In this document: positions 19,693 through 31,359 of the stretch, piece by piece
Layout: the number at the start of each line of letters is the position of its first letter
Numbering within the stretch: position 1 is the stretch's first letter
Assembly (NCBI GenBank): GCA_963675525.2
Contig: CAXXSL010000013.1
Location: forward strand, 160,001-224,000
From: Anaerohalosphaeraceae bacterium
GTDB taxonomy: Bacteria; Planctomycetota; Phycisphaerae; Sedimentisphaerales; Anaerohalosphaeraceae
DNA: 64,000 nt
Direction of reading: 5' to 3'
Notes under the pieces: generated by a model
The model's input: only the letters and a program-made list of their open reading frames with translations
What the model was told of the DNA's origin: nothing
The model's database searches: none
Made by a program: the position numbers and the translations under genes

Positions 19693-19863
19693 ATGTTGCG
19701 CTTTTTGAAAAAATTACTGAATCCAACAGAACCCTGGAAAGGTGTTCGACGTGACCTTCGCGTCTTTCCCAGCCAGCAAAGCTGTGTTAAATCGAACATG
19801 AGCCAAGTCCGGCCGGAACAGATGCCGCCCCTGATGGTGCGCAAAGCCCCCTGGCGACGGTAA
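19693..19863 (+). CDS. Putative small basic protein (56 aa; not in ORF track)
   Basis: MLRFLKKLLNPTEPWKGVRRDLRVFPSQQ...KAPWRR*, preceded by AGGG(A). Confidence 0.4.
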   Translation: MLRFLKKLLNPTEPWKGVRRDLRVFPSQQSCVKSNMSQVRPEQMPPLMVRKAPWRR

Positions 19864-19894
19864 CAATTGAGTTGTGCCAACATGACTCCGTATG

Positions 19895-22800
19895 TTAATC
19901 TGATCCCATCAGCCATCTTTCAGAAAAGAGCACATAATCCAGCAAATCAACTCTGCCGTCCGGTGCACCTTCGGGCGCAATATCTGCATATCGGGCGGTC
20001 CTGCTGAGCCATTGATCAGCAAATACCCCAAGGTCATCTTCACCAATAATGACTCCGGGTGTTACTGCAAGATCACATGCTTCGTCCCAGTTTGGCTGCC
20101 CTGGAATACTTAGCCAGGCATTGGCAAAGCGAACCCAATCGGTCAGATTGACCTTTCCATCACCGCCGTCGGGTGCGATATCCGCCGACAGGTCAAGCAC
20201 GTCGGCCAGCCATTCATCGGTGAGGACCATAAAGTCATTGATTTCGACACCTTCCGGGCAAACAACGTCGCCCGGCAGCATCGGTTCACATTGCAGCCGA
20301 GGGTAATTCATCCCTTCGCATCGCATATCCCAGATATTATCAAAATCCCACCCGATGGCCTGATATGTTGCGGTCATTTGCATATTTTCGGTCGATTCGG
20401 CCCCTACATCAATCAGCGTCAATCGGCTGGGATCATAAATGCCCTCCATTGCGCCGTTTACGGATTCGTCCCACAAACAACTCGTATAGGTTCCGACACT
20501 ACCGCTTGATACAAAACTCATAAGGCGTATCGCATCCGGAGGACCGATTACTTCTGTGCTCGAATAACAATTTGTCAAGTCACCACCAACGACCCGATAG
20601 CACAACCCCCCGGCATAGTCATCTGTAGTGGTAACGGTTCCTCTTGCACAGGAATTGGAAATATCGGAAAAAATGACACAATATCCCACAAGACCACCGA
20701 GGTATTCCTCGCCCATAACACTTACATCCGCAGAACAGGTATCTACATTGGACCACCAGCTGTTCATTCCGATCAGGCCGCCGACAGGAGACATATTAAA
20801 AGAAAGCAGATTCGTCTCTTTTGCTGTGCCTCCGACCGCTGTACAGTTTTCTACGGTTGCATGCCAGTAATTTTGTCCCACTAATCCACCGATCTCATTC
20901 CAGCCGGTCACATTTGTATTAATCACATGGCAATTATCGACCAAGGCTTCGGTATTGCGCCCCAGCAGAGAACCGACTCCCATGGACCATATTCCAGACA
21001 CATTCGGATCGGAGAGGAGTACATTTTTCAGCACTGCGTCCGGACCTTCCAAGCTACCCATGAATCCAACCTGTGAATGAAATCCGGTGTAACCGATCCT
21101 TATGTTTGAAAGGGAGTGTAGACCACCGTCAAAGGATCCCGTAAATATATAGGGTGCATCAGCAATCGGATAAAACACCTCATCGAGGTCAATATCCGAG
21201 ATCACCTCAAAGTAAGCCCCCATCAATCGTGGATTGTGTCCGATGCTGTTGAGCTGTGCTGCGGTTTCAATTTGATAGGGATTGCCGGCGGTCCCGTCTC
21301 CGGCTGCAAATGCAGGCAATGCCGGCGGCGTTTGCAGCTGGTACCAATGGATTGGATACCCTCCACCGGGCGGCATCGCCCAGTCGTCGCTGCCTCCATT
21401 GCTGAGTTCGCCTGCAAAGTCCCATCCGATATCTGTAAATGTGGATTGTGTCTGCATAACAGAAGTATTGGATTTGGTACCCGCAGCACTTTCGGGCTGT
21501 CCGCTGGTCGTCTCGTTCCAGAAACAGTCGAGTACGTTCTCTTGTCCGTATAACATTTGATTTTCATTCATTCCGGAAAATCCGCCGGTATTTGTGCTGC
21601 TGTGACCAGACCGGTGCTGTAACACTTAACGATGGTTGCATCTGAACTATCACCGGCAAAGCCTCCGACAGCATCGGTCCCGGAAACCGGGCCGGTCGAA
21701 TTTGAATTTTCAATAGAAGAAAAGCCCCCCATTCCGATCAAACCACCGACATCATTCGTACCGGATACGGAAGCGGAACTGCTGCATCCTGCGATACACG
21801 AGATGGTCGAACTGCCGATCAGCCCGCCGATAGAGTCATACCCGGTAATGCTCCCTCCATTAACAGCACAATCGGCAACATATCCCCACTCTACTTTACC
21901 CGCCAGAGCGCCAACGTCATCGGAACTCCCGGTGTTTTGAATATTCGCAGACTCAATGATGATGTTGCGAAGAGCCCCTTGATAAACATATCCAAATAAA
22001 CCTATATAGTCTCTCCCGGATACGCTCGAATAGCTAAATCCGCTGATATGATGATAATTCCCATCAAACGATCCGGTAAACGCCCCAAGTCCATTGGTGG
22101 TTAACCTGCTGGTGCCGATAATGTTGTATAAGGAGCCGGGATAATCAGCCAAGGAAATATCATTCATCAGCTCATAATGTTTACCCCAGCGATTATTATA
22201 CAAGCCGATCGTATTCATGTGCTCGCCGGTATTGATCTGATAAGGATCGGACCGCTCACCGCTGCCGCCACCGAATATCTGCTCATATTGAATCTCCAAC
22301 TTGGGGGCGAGATCCGGAATCCCCATATCTTTGCTCCAAAAACTCGCCCTTGCTCCGGATGGGCTGCTGATGGTTTTTGCTATCGCTATCGTCATCACAC
22401 GATCCTGGAAGGCAACATACTCATCATCAGCGTAATCGGTTACATCCCACTCCGTAAAATCAATGACCGCCGTTTGTTCTTCGATCAGGTTACGTATAGT
22501 GTCAACAGACGGCATGTCATTCCATGTGAGAGTGTCTTCTTCCCAGCTCGATGAACAGCGATACGCCCCCAATACCGGTGCAGGAATGGAGACAAATGAT
22601 CCGTCCAATTGAAGTTTAGCTGAGATAATCACCTGGCCCGGCGGGATCGATGATAAGTCAAATTTTACAAAGGAAATGTGTTCCATTGCTCCATCCATGC
22701 CAGTACTAAAACCATTGGAACTTCCGAAATTCGTATCCGGTTGGCCCTGATCGGCATAGGTATCGGCAACTGCTTCCAACGTTATTATTGAGCCGGCCCA

Positions 22801-23739
22801 TGGAGTATTGCCAAAGTCGTAGCCTGTATAGACATTATTTGGTTCAGCATTAATCACGTATTCATAGCCGTCAGCGGAACCGGGGAGGGTTTGTGTCCAT
22901 CCATCCTTCATGATTTCACGAATAACAAATGTTTTTATTTCATTTGCATCTCCCGGATTATCAAATTCGAGATTTTCAAAGAAGTACATACCGTTGGGAT
23001 CGGTCGCAACATTCGGTTCGGATACTTGATAGGCGCCGTCACCGTTTTCGTCAATGTATATTTCCCAACCCGGCAATGCCGGTTCGCCGATGTCCCAGAC
23101 ACCATCACTATCGGCATCATCAAATTTATAGCCGGAAATATCACACGTTATTTCATCGATCAGCGGCCCTGAATAAAGCTGCATGTAACAGCCCGCCCAA
23201 GGATTGCCTGTCAGATAATACCACCATGGAAATGCCAGCCAATTGTCACAGACCCAAAAACCATTGAGATTGCCAAGGCCGCCGTAAGCCAGGGCGACGC
23301 CGGTATCATCATTCTCGAATTGAAAGGAGTAGCCGAAGGCTTGATTGTTATACAACGTAAACTGTTGGCTTGGGGTAAGTTCCACCTCTTTGTAATAAAT
23401 GTAAGCATTTCCGTTCGGGGAGCCTGTCAGGCCTGATACATTGATCTGACGTATCGGGTATCCGGGTTCATAACCGGGTGTGACATAATCATAAAACCGG
23501 ATGATAATGGTTCCCGGAGCTGAGCGGGTGGTCACATAAGCAAATCGAATTTTTGTTACGTTTCCGGGTTGGGCACTTGCGAAATCACAGACTTCGTTAA
23601 AGTTGTCCCACAACGGACAATACCAGCCTCCCGTTTCATTCGAATTGTCATAAATCAGGGTATCGGCGTTGGTGCTCGCAGTGATAACAGCGCAGAAAAT
23701 TACCGCCAGCATGGCGTGTAAAATGAAACTCCTCATCAT
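19895..23739 (-). CDS. Large secreted modular protein (SdrD-B-like, DNRLRE-like, GLUG repeats, dockerin-like tail), split by a frameshift near 21600
   Basis: ORFs 21568..23739 and 19895..21625 join as ...STGLVT(G)STNTGGF if one base is restored; VGGLIG repeats; four D..D.V...D...F...WL repeats. Confidence 0.8.
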
Positions 23740-23906
23740 TTTCTCCCTTTAAATCCTTCAGTTTTGTCTGTTCGTCAACGATATTATTTTAACGTTTTAG
23801 ACACAATTTGCATAGAAGTGTTACAAAAAAAAAACCGTTTTTTTTTCTTAAAAAACGGTTTTTTATCGGTTATTTTTGAGTCATCGCGGGGTAAAAGTGC
23901 ATTATT

Positions 23907-24617
23907 TTAGCGTTTTTTTGCCAGCCAGAGGGTAACAATACCGCCGGTTAAGGGGAGTTTTCGAACCAGCGTAAATCCGCCGGCAGACATCTCATGGGCA
24001 AAGTCCACTTCTGTATGCCAGCGATGGATGGAGTGAGCCAGATATTTCAGCGGTTGCGTGGAACCGAGTACCAACCGCCCTGCGGCGGGCATAATGTGGT
24101 TGAGGTAGAACCGAAAGACAGGGCACAGCACGGGATTGGACGGCAGCGAAAATTCCAGAATACAAAGCTTGCCGTTAGATTTCAGCAGGCGGTGCATTTC
24201 GTTCAGTGCGGCGGCACGGTCGGGGATATTGCGAATGCCAAAGGCGCAGGTGATGAAGTCGTAGCTGTTTGATTCAAGCTTTGTATCAGCCGCATCAGCA
24301 ACCTGCCAGTGGATTTTTTTGTTTCGTATCCACGGCTTTGCTGCGAGGCGCTCCTGCTTTTGGTGTGCCCGTTCAATCATTGCTTCACTGATGTCCAGCC
24401 CCGTGACATCTTTGCTATGACTGTGTTTGAGAAAGGTGAATGCCAGATCGCCGGTCCCTGTACAGACATCCAATATGCGCTGGTGAATTTTTGAGTTTAA
24501 GGTCTTGGTGATCTCCCGCCGCCATAACTGGTCAATCCCGAAACTGAACAGGTGATTGCACCGGTCGTATCGGGCAGCAATATCTTCAAAATCAAATTTT
24601 GTGTTTGGCTGATTCAT
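23907..24617 (-). CDS. menG: Demethylmenaquinone methyltransferase UbiE/MenG
   Basis: IAARYDRCNH..SFG, LDVCTGTGD, FGIRN, ILEFS; ATG overlaps upstream TGA. Confidence 0.88.
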   Translation of the reverse strand: MNQPNTKFDFEDIAARYDRCNHLFSFGIDQLWRREITKTLNSKIHQRILDVCTGTGDLAFTFLKHSHSKDVTGLDISEAMIERAHQKQERLAAKPWIRNKKIHWQVADAADTKLESNSYDFITCAFGIRNIPDRAAALNEMHRLLKSNGKLCILEFSLPSNPVLCPVFRFYLNHIMPAAGRLVLGSTQPLKYLAHSIHRWHTEVDFAHEMSAGGFTLVRKLPLTGGIVTLWLAKKR

Positions 24618-25231
24618 TGTATCGGCAAGAGAATAAAAATGGTTACGTCCCAGATGGCATGACAGATGATACACGGCCAAAGGTTTTTCGTCAATGAAAA
24701 CATCGATCCCCAAAAGACGCCACACAAAGCGGATGCGGCCAGAAGCATCAAATTAAATGACCACACATGCACCAATGCATAAATCGCCGTTGCAATGACA
24801 AAACCAATCAGCATACCGCAGCGTTTCGACAAGCGTTTTTGCACAAAGCCACGCCAGAAGATTTCTTCGGCGGGGCCGATGATGAAAAATAACAGTCCTC
24901 CAATCAGCCACGGATTTTGCCCGGTGCGGATGACATAAATCGAATCGACCTGTGCCGCGGCAAACGGCAGAATGTGTGTCGAGATGAAATGGCCGACCCA
25001 AAACATGCCATATAAAACGGCGGCGGAAATGATGCCGATTGGAATGAAAATCAGTTTAAATCGATAGTTATCGGATAATTGTTTTCGGTCCAGAAGGAGG
25101 GAAGCTAATGCTAATAGCGCCGCGGTGGCAGTCATCGTGGGGAAAAAGGCGATCGCGTGTTTTGTCCACGGACTGAACATGACAAAAAAACCCGCCGCGG
25201 CAAGGAACACCATTATCCAAACCGCTCTCAC
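24614..25231 (-). CDS. CPBP (Abi/CAAX) family intramembrane metalloprotease
   Basis: EEIFWRG, YALVH, HAIWD. Confidence 0.9.
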   Translation of the reverse strand: MRAVWIMVFLAAAGFFVMFSPWTKHAIAFFPTMTATAALLALASLLLDRKQLSDNYRFKLIFIPIGIISAAVLYGMFWVGHFISTHILPFAAAQVDSIYVIRTGQNPWLIGGLLFFIIGPAEEIFWRGFVQKRLSKRCGMLIGFVIATAIYALVHVWSFNLMLLAASALCGVFWGSMFSLTKNLWPCIICHAIWDVTIFILLPIQ

Positions 25232-26157
25232 AAAAACGCCCCCAAAAGAATCGAAACCATCAACAGAATCCCGAACGGCAAATGCAGTTGAGCCGTCTGT
25301 ACATCCAGCATGGCAATATCCTGCGGCTGGTCCGTTTGGCTTTTCAGTGCGGTCCTGATGTTTTTAACCGCCGGCGGAATTGTCAACAACGTCAGCAGTG
25401 ACCACAACGGAAGAACACCGAACACGATCATACCCAGTGTCACAACATAGGCACTAACAACCAATCCGCTGTATTCTATACGTGCCCAGCGGTGCCCCAG
25501 AACCGTAGCGGTACTGTTAATGCCCGCCTGAGTATCATGCAGGATGTCACGAAGGTTGTTGCCGGAAAGGATCGCCGCAACCAGAAACCCGATCGGCAAT
25601 GAAATCAGCAGAACCTCGGTTTGCCAAGAACCGGTCAGTACATAAAAGCTGCCGATGACCATCAGCGGACCCATCAGCATAAAAACGCACAAGTCGCCAA
25701 GGCCAAGATATTTGTAACCAACCGGAGTCGCTGTGTAAAAAAAGCCGCCCAAGATACCAACCGCCCCCAATAACAGGATCGGCCATCCGTAAACGGCAAT
25801 AAAAATCAACCCGATACCGGCGCTGACAGCGAAAAGCACCAGGCCGCCCGCAAACACCTGTTTAGGCCTAAGCAAATTCTCGACGAGTACTCGACTGCCG
25901 CCGTGTGTATCGGGACGATCAACGCCTTTTTGATAATCAAAATACTCGCTGACCATATTGGTCGCTGCATGCATCAACAACGAAGCGATCGCAATCAGCG
26001 GCAGCAGTTCCCACCGCGCCGGCTGCTGAAAATACGGCACCACAGCTGCGCCCAGGAAAACCGGCGTCATGGAAGCCGTAAACGAGAACGGACGGGCCGC
26101 CTGGATCCAAGCGCGTAATGAACGGTGTGATGTATTCATGCTTAGCTCCGCTGTCAT
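25228..26157 (-). CDS. menA: 1,4-dihydroxy-2-naphthoate prenyltransferase
   Basis: WIQAARP, EYFDYQKGVD, KYLGLGD, NNLRDILHD. Confidence 0.9.
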   Translation of the reverse strand: MTAELSMNTSHRSLRAWIQAARPFSFTASMTPVFLGAAVVPYFQQPARWELLPLIAIASLLMHAATNMVSEYFDYQKGVDRPDTHGGSRVLVENLLRPKQVFAGGLVLFAVSAGIGLIFIAVYGWPILLLGAVGILGGFFYTATPVGYKYLGLGDLCVFMLMGPLMVIGSFYVLTGSWQTEVLLISLPIGFLVAAILSGNNLRDILHDTQAGINSTATVLGHRWARIEYSGLVVSAYVVTLGMIVFGVLPLWSLLTLLTIPPAVKNIRTALKSQTDQPQDIAMLDVQTAQLHLPFGILLMVSILLGAFL

Positions 26158-26159
26158 AA

Positions 26160-27512
26160 TTATCTCCCGAAGGATTGTTTGGCCAACATGCCAACGGCAC
26201 TGATATAGGCCTCAGATCGCTGGATGTAATTTTTGAACATATCATAGCTGGCGCAGGCCGGGCTCATTAAAACCACGTCACCGCCAACGGCCAACTCATT
26301 GGCAATTTGGACGGCCTGCTGCATTGAATCGGCATATTTAATAACACATTTTGTATTTTCAATAGATTGTATCGACGCAGCGATTTTCTCCGCCGTTTGC
26401 CCGATCAATACGACTGCTTTGGCACGTTCGGCAATGCATTTTCCCAATTCTACAAAACTGATTTTCTTATCATAACCGCCGGCAATCAGAACCTTGGGGT
26501 CATCAATGCCGTTCAGGGCCGCCATGGTGCTGACCGGCGTCGTCGCTTTCGAGTCATCGTACCAACGAACGCCATTGGCCTCGGCGACAAGCTGACAGCG
26601 ATTCGGCAAGCCTTTAAAAGTCGCAACTGCATCTGCAATCGCTGACGGGGCACTATCAAAACAGGATACAATTGCCAGTGCCGCGGCCAGATTCGAGCGA
26701 TTCGCACGGCCGGGCAGCCGATATAATCCAGTGTATTTGTTCGGAACATCATCGGCACTGAAAGCCAGGCAGTTGCGTCCAGCCTTATAAAGATATTTCT
26801 GATACCACGCACGAGTAATCGAATCTTCGGCGTTAAAGATGGAAATATCACCCGGTTTTTGATATTTAAAAATCCCCTCTTTGACCCGACAATATTCCTC
26901 AAAGGTACCGTGACGATCAATGTGATTGGCGGTCAGATTGGTGATTAAGGCAATGTGCGGAGCGGCCTGAATGCGTGCCAACTGTTCGAGTTGAAAATTG
27001 CTGATCTCCAGAACGACAATGTCATCTTTATCGATGTCATCGACAATATCCAGCAACGGCTGGTGACCAATATTGCCGCCCAGCCAAACCTTGCGACTGC
27101 CGACCTGCAATAAGTGGGCGGCCAGCGAAGTGGTCGTGCTTTTACCATTGGCTCCGGTGATCCCGACAATCGGTGCCGGACACAACTGGAAGAAGATTTC
27201 CATCTGTGACGTGATTAAGGCGCCGGCTTGTTGGGCAATTTGGATGTAGCGATTATTCGGCGGTACGGCGGGGTTTACGATAAGAATATCGGCACCGGAA
27301 AAATCATCCTCACGATGCTCGCCGAGTCGATATTGAACGGGAAGCCCCTTCAAAGCATCCACTGAATCCGCCAGTTCCACATCGGTCGCCAGATCCGTCA
27401 CAAGCACATTGGCACCGGCCTTGGCGACAAACAAAGCTGAATCAACACCACCCCCGAAGCGGCCCAATCCCATGACCACAACATTTTTATCGTTGAAGAA
27501 TGTTCGATCCAT
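26160..27512 (-). CDS. murD: UDP-N-acetylmuramoyl-L-alanine--D-glutamate ligase
   Basis: GITGANGKSTT, DDSKAT, GGYDK, SPACASYDMF. Confidence 0.96.
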   Translation of the reverse strand: MDRTFFNDKNVVVMGLGRFGGGVDSALFVAKAGANVLVTDLATDVELADSVDALKGLPVQYRLGEHREDDFSGADILIVNPAVPPNNRYIQIAQQAGALITSQMEIFFQLCPAPIVGITGANGKSTTTSLAAHLLQVGSRKVWLGGNIGHQPLLDIVDDIDKDDIVVLEISNFQLEQLARIQAAPHIALITNLTANHIDRHGTFEEYCRVKEGIFKYQKPGDISIFNAEDSITRAWYQKYLYKAGRNCLAFSADDVPNKYTGLYRLPGRANRSNLAAALAIVSCFDSAPSAIADAVATFKGLPNRCQLVAEANGVRWYDDSKATTPVSTMAALNGIDDPKVLIAGGYDKKISFVELGKCIAERAKAVVLIGQTAEKIAASIQSIENTKCVIKYADSMQQAVQIANELAVGGDVVLMSPACASYDMFKNYIQRSEAYISAVGMLAKQSFGR

Positions 27513-27527
27513 CAGCCTGATTTTGAA

Positions 27528-28469
27528 TTATGAACGTGCTTTGGCTAATTCCATTTTCGCATCGATGGCCGCCTGTTCAATGCATTTTTCCCAGTTGTCC
27601 CCGAACTGCTCTTTGTATTTCGGATCATCGAACGCATAAATAATCGAGCGTGACGCATTAATCAACGCCCCCATGCCGTCCTTGTTGCAGAAACGCAGAC
27701 AATCGGTTGCTCCGGCACCCTGTGAACCGAATCCGGGAACCAGGAACCAACACTTGGGATAACGCTGACGTAATACGCTGGTTTCCTCAGGACTGGTTCC
27801 GCCGACCACCATGCCGATGTTGCTGTAGCCGGATTCGCCAATGCGTTTGGTTTGATTCGCAATCTCACTGACAACGGCAGCGAGTTTTTCATACATCTTC
27901 ACGCCAGCAGCGTCAGCAAAATCCTGAACCGCCCCGGCACTGGGGTTGCTGGCACGAACCCAGACAAAAACACCCTTGCCCTGCTCAGTCGCCACATCGG
28001 CAAACGGCACGATCCCGTCGGCACCGGCAAACCCATTCACCGTAATGGCATCCGGCGTAATGATATCATCCATGCCTTCAAATTCAGGGTTCTGCAGGTG
28101 AGCTTGGGCATAGGCTTGAGCGGTATGACCGATATCACCGCGTTTAACGTCCCCGATTACTTCCAACCCCAGGGCTTCGGCTTCGGCGACCAGTGCGTAA
28201 TACGTCTCAAGCCCTTCCCAAAGATACCGTTCAAAATAAGCAATGTTAATTTTTACCGCCGGAACAAGCGGGGCAACAACTTTTAAGGTTCGAGTGCAAA
28301 AATCAAAAATCGCATCGATTGATGACGCGATATCTTTTTCGTCATTCATGTCCCGATGGCTGCGGATGGCTTCCGGCAAACGTCCATAGACCGGGTCCAA
28401 ACCCACGATCAGCGGGGTATTTTTCTTTTTGATCGACTCACATAAACGATCTGCAAAATGACTTGCCAC
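27528..28469 (-). CDS. pyrF: Orotidine-5'-phosphate decarboxylase
   Basis: VGLDP, DVKRGDIG.T, LVPGFGSQG, NASRSI. Confidence 0.96.
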   Translation of the reverse strand: MASHFADRLCESIKKKNTPLIVGLDPVYGRLPEAIRSHRDMNDEKDIASSIDAIFDFCTRTLKVVAPLVPAVKINIAYFERYLWEGLETYYALVAEAEALGLEVIGDVKRGDIGHTAQAYAQAHLQNPEFEGMDDIITPDAITVNGFAGADGIVPFADVATEQGKGVFVWVRASNPSAGAVQDFADAAGVKMYEKLAAVVSEIANQTKRIGESGYSNIGMVVGGTSPEETSVLRQRYPKCWFLVPGFGSQGAGATDCLRFCNKDGMGALINASRSIIYAFDDPKYKEQFGDNWEKCIEQAAIDAKMELAKARS

Positions 28470-28548
28470 AGAGTTTCCTTTCGAGAATAATTATTCCTGT
28501 ATAAAATTTTCTTCAATCCTAAAGAGCAATCACTATAATCACATTGCG

Positions 28549-29265
28549 ATGACAGAGCAAGGAACAATTTCAACAAGTGTGAGAATTATGAATAAAACCG
28601 CGACAAAAAAACGTAACTGCCGTCCTCTGCGATGTTTCTGGATTCTTTTCATCGTCCTGGCATCGTTGGCCGCCACCGGCATTTTTCTGTGCCGACGCCC
28701 CCCCCGCATCTATCAACCCAACCCGGTCGACAATCCGGAACAAGTCAGCCTCTATTTAACCCATCAACTGGGACCGGATTTCTACAATCAGGTCCAACTG
28801 AAAAAGCCTTTTGAACTTCGGGTTGAGCAGGACGGCTTGAACGACATTCTCCGTCACTGGATCTGGCCGCAAAAAGCCGGCGATGTAGCATTTTCCGACC
28901 CGATGATATTGTTCGATGAGCAAGCTATTTACCTCATGGGAACCGTGGAATACAACGGATTTTCTTCGGTTCTAACCATAATCGCATCCCCCGCTATCGA
29001 CCCCGAAGGAAATCTCTCTTTAAATATCGACTCTATTTGGCTGGGAAGCCTGCCGGCTAAAACCCTCATCAGCTCTCTGGCGAAATACGCTTTTGACCGA
29101 TCGATATCCGCGTTTGAAAATGACCCGCAACTGGAAGAAATCGTCCGCTCCATCATCTACGGTGAACCCTTTAACTCAACATTCGAAATCGCCGGCCGGA
29201 ATGTAAAAGTGACCAAAATCACCCTTGAAACAAAGATACTGACCCTGCAATTCAATCCGGAATAG
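28549..29265 (+). CDS. Hypothetical membrane-anchored protein
   Basis: 238-aa ORF, one N-terminal TM helix. Confidence 0.7.
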   Translation: MTEQGTISTSVRIMNKTATKKRNCRPLRCFWILFIVLASLAATGIFLCRRPPRIYQPNPVDNPEQVSLYLTHQLGPDFYNQVQLKKPFELRVEQDGLNDILRHWIWPQKAGDVAFSDPMILFDEQAIYLMGTVEYNGFSSVLTIIASPAIDPEGNLSLNIDSIWLGSLPAKTLISSLAKYAFDRSISAFENDPQLEEIVRSIIYGEPFNSTFEIAGRNVKVTKITLETKILTLQFNPE

Positions 29266-29479
29266 TGCCTCTATAGCTTTTAATGAGCCAAAGATTATCG
29301 GTCTCTATATGGATGGTTTCATTTCCTTTTTCTCTTCTCTGTGTTTTAGCCAAAAGAGAAAGCGAGATTATCAGACCTTGAAAAAAGGTTAAAAAGCCCC
29401 TTTTGGTTGGTCGATGCATCCTTGGTCTTGATATCGGTGCCATTATGATTGTGTCATAATCAAAGGAAACGATAGAACA

Positions 29480-31354
29480 ATGTCATTGCGTGAAAGAATT
29501 TCGGTTGTCCTGTTCATCATGTTCTGCTGTTACGGCGGGCTTGAATATGCCGCGCAGCGATGGCTGATATATCCGGAGTTTGTCTCCCAGGAACAGCAAC
29601 AAGCCCAAAACTCTAGTAATAAAGTCATAAAAGCCATTAATACCCGATTTTCTGATTTCCGCAATCAGATCGTCACATCCGCCCAATCCGGGGAAATCGA
29701 TTCAATGCTCAAAAACACGGCTAACCGCAATGCCATCGGCCAGATCGAAGCCGCGGATTTTATCGTCCTGTTTGACTATAAATGGAATCCTGTTTTCAGT
29801 CAACTTTCCGAGCAAATCACGCCGGAACAGTTTCGGAAGGAACTGCTGGAAGGCACGACGCCGTTTCTGACAAAAAAACAAATGGGGTTTTCCAAAAAAG
29901 GAATTTGCACCCTCAACGGACAGTTCATCTATCTCGTCACCGAACCGGTTCTGGCGTCCCCTCAAAATAATAAAATCGAGGGAATGGTCTTTGCCGGACA
30001 ATTCCTCACGGACGAAAGTTTTGAAAAACTTCGCCGGGAACTGAACCTCAGCTTCAACTGGGATATTCTGACACCCGACAACCAAAAGAAGGAGAATTCG
30101 GAAATCATCGATCGAATTACGGCCGAAAAGCCCTATGACTTTTTATCACTGGGCGACAACTTCATGCAATGCTCGACGGCTCTTTTTGATTATCAGAACC
30201 ACCCCGCCCTTTTGATCAAAACATTCCGGGATAAAAGTATCAGTGTACAGGGTTTACAGGCCGTCCATAAGTCTATTCTCATCAAGCTGGTGGCAGGGTT
30301 TGTAGCCGTATTATTTGTTATTGTACTTTTGCAGATGGTCGTCATCAGCCCTATTATGAAGCTGATAAAGCATGTCGTCAAACTTGAACACCCCGGCAGT
30401 GCGAAACAGAAATGTATCCTGTCACGGAAAGATGAGATAGGCACTCTGGCCACAGAGTTCGACCAGATGTGCCAACGGGTACAGAATGCACAAGTAAAAT
30501 TGATGGAAAAATCATACCTGTCCGGTGCCACAGAAATGTCATCCGGCATCCTGCATAATGTCCGAAATGCCCTCAGTCCGATCACGACCCGCATCGGACG
30601 AATCAAAGACCAGTTCCATGATATCCCGCTGGATAATCTTGAAAAGGCGCGGGAAGAACTGAAAAAAGGAAGCCTCACTCCTGAACGGCGAGCGGATTTG
30701 ATGCGATTCGTAGAATTGACATTCCAGCAGGTTATGGACAATCTCAAAGAAACCGTCTCCGGACTGGAAGACCTTTGCGGGCAGGTTAGTCAAATCGAAG
30801 ACATGCTCAATACGCAGAGAACTTTTGGCTCCAAAGATGACAAGCCGGTTGAGTTCATCGAACCCGCCCGGCTGTTAGAAAATGCGATAGGAATGATTCC
30901 TGAAAAAATTAAAACAAAAAACCGGATACAGATCTGCCCGAAAATTCAGGAACTGCCGGCAATTCCCGTCCATTCGACAACATTCATACAAATCCTGCAA
31001 AATCTTATCATAAATGCGTCTGAATCGCTGGAACGTGAAACCCCTCTTTGCCCCAAAATCAATGTTTCCTGTAAAATCGATCCGCAGCAGGACACCGTCG
31101 ATATGATGCACTGGAAAATCGAGGACAACGGCACCGGCATCCCGGCGGATAAAATTGAGACTATTTTTGAACGGGGTGCCTCGTCAAAAACCAAGGGGTT
31201 AACGGGCATCGGACTGCACTGGTGCGCCAATACGATCAATGCAATGAAAGGACGCCTCTGGGCCGAAAGTGATGGTCTTCACAAGGGCGCCTGTTTCCAT
31301 ATTACAATGCCGATGGCAGCGGAAGAATGCCTTGCGGGAACGAAAGAAGGATAG
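29480..31354 (+). CDS. Sensor histidine kinase (CHASE4-like sensor, HAMP, HATPase)
   Basis: Two TMs, RKDEIGTLA HAMP, GILHNVRN H-box, DNGTG and GIGL boxes. Confidence 0.9.
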   Translation: MSLRERISVVLFIMFCCYGGLEYAAQRWLIYPEFVSQEQQQAQNSSNKVIKAINTRFSDFRNQIVTSAQSGEIDSMLKNTANRNAIGQIEAADFIVLFDYKWNPVFSQLSEQITPEQFRKELLEGTTPFLTKKQMGFSKKGICTLNGQFIYLVTEPVLASPQNNKIEGMVFAGQFLTDESFEKLRRELNLSFNWDILTPDNQKKENSEIIDRITAEKPYDFLSLGDNFMQCSTALFDYQNHPALLIKTFRDKSISVQGLQAVHKSILIKLVAGFVAVLFVIVLLQMVVISPIMKLIKHVVKLEHPGSAKQKCILSRKDEIGTLATEFDQMCQRVQNAQVKLMEKSYLSGATEMSSGILHNVRNALSPITTRIGRIKDQFHDIPLDNLEKAREELKKGSLTPERRADLMRFVELTFQQVMDNLKETVSGLEDLCGQVSQIEDMLNTQRTFGSKDDKPVEFIEPARLLENAIGMIPEKIKTKNRIQICPKIQELPAIPVHSTTFIQILQNLIINASESLERETPLCPKINVSCKIDPQQDTVDMMHWKIEDNGTGIPADKIETIFERGASSKTKGLTGIGLHWCANTINAMKGRLWAESDGLHKGACFHITMPMAAEECLAGTKEG

Positions 31355-31359
31355 ACATT

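Noticed and set aside
19730..19860. GTTCGAC-containing stretch as tmRNA or 6S RNA
   Set aside because: No tRNA-like acceptor or T arms, no tag ORF and no long closing stem; a small ORF explains it better
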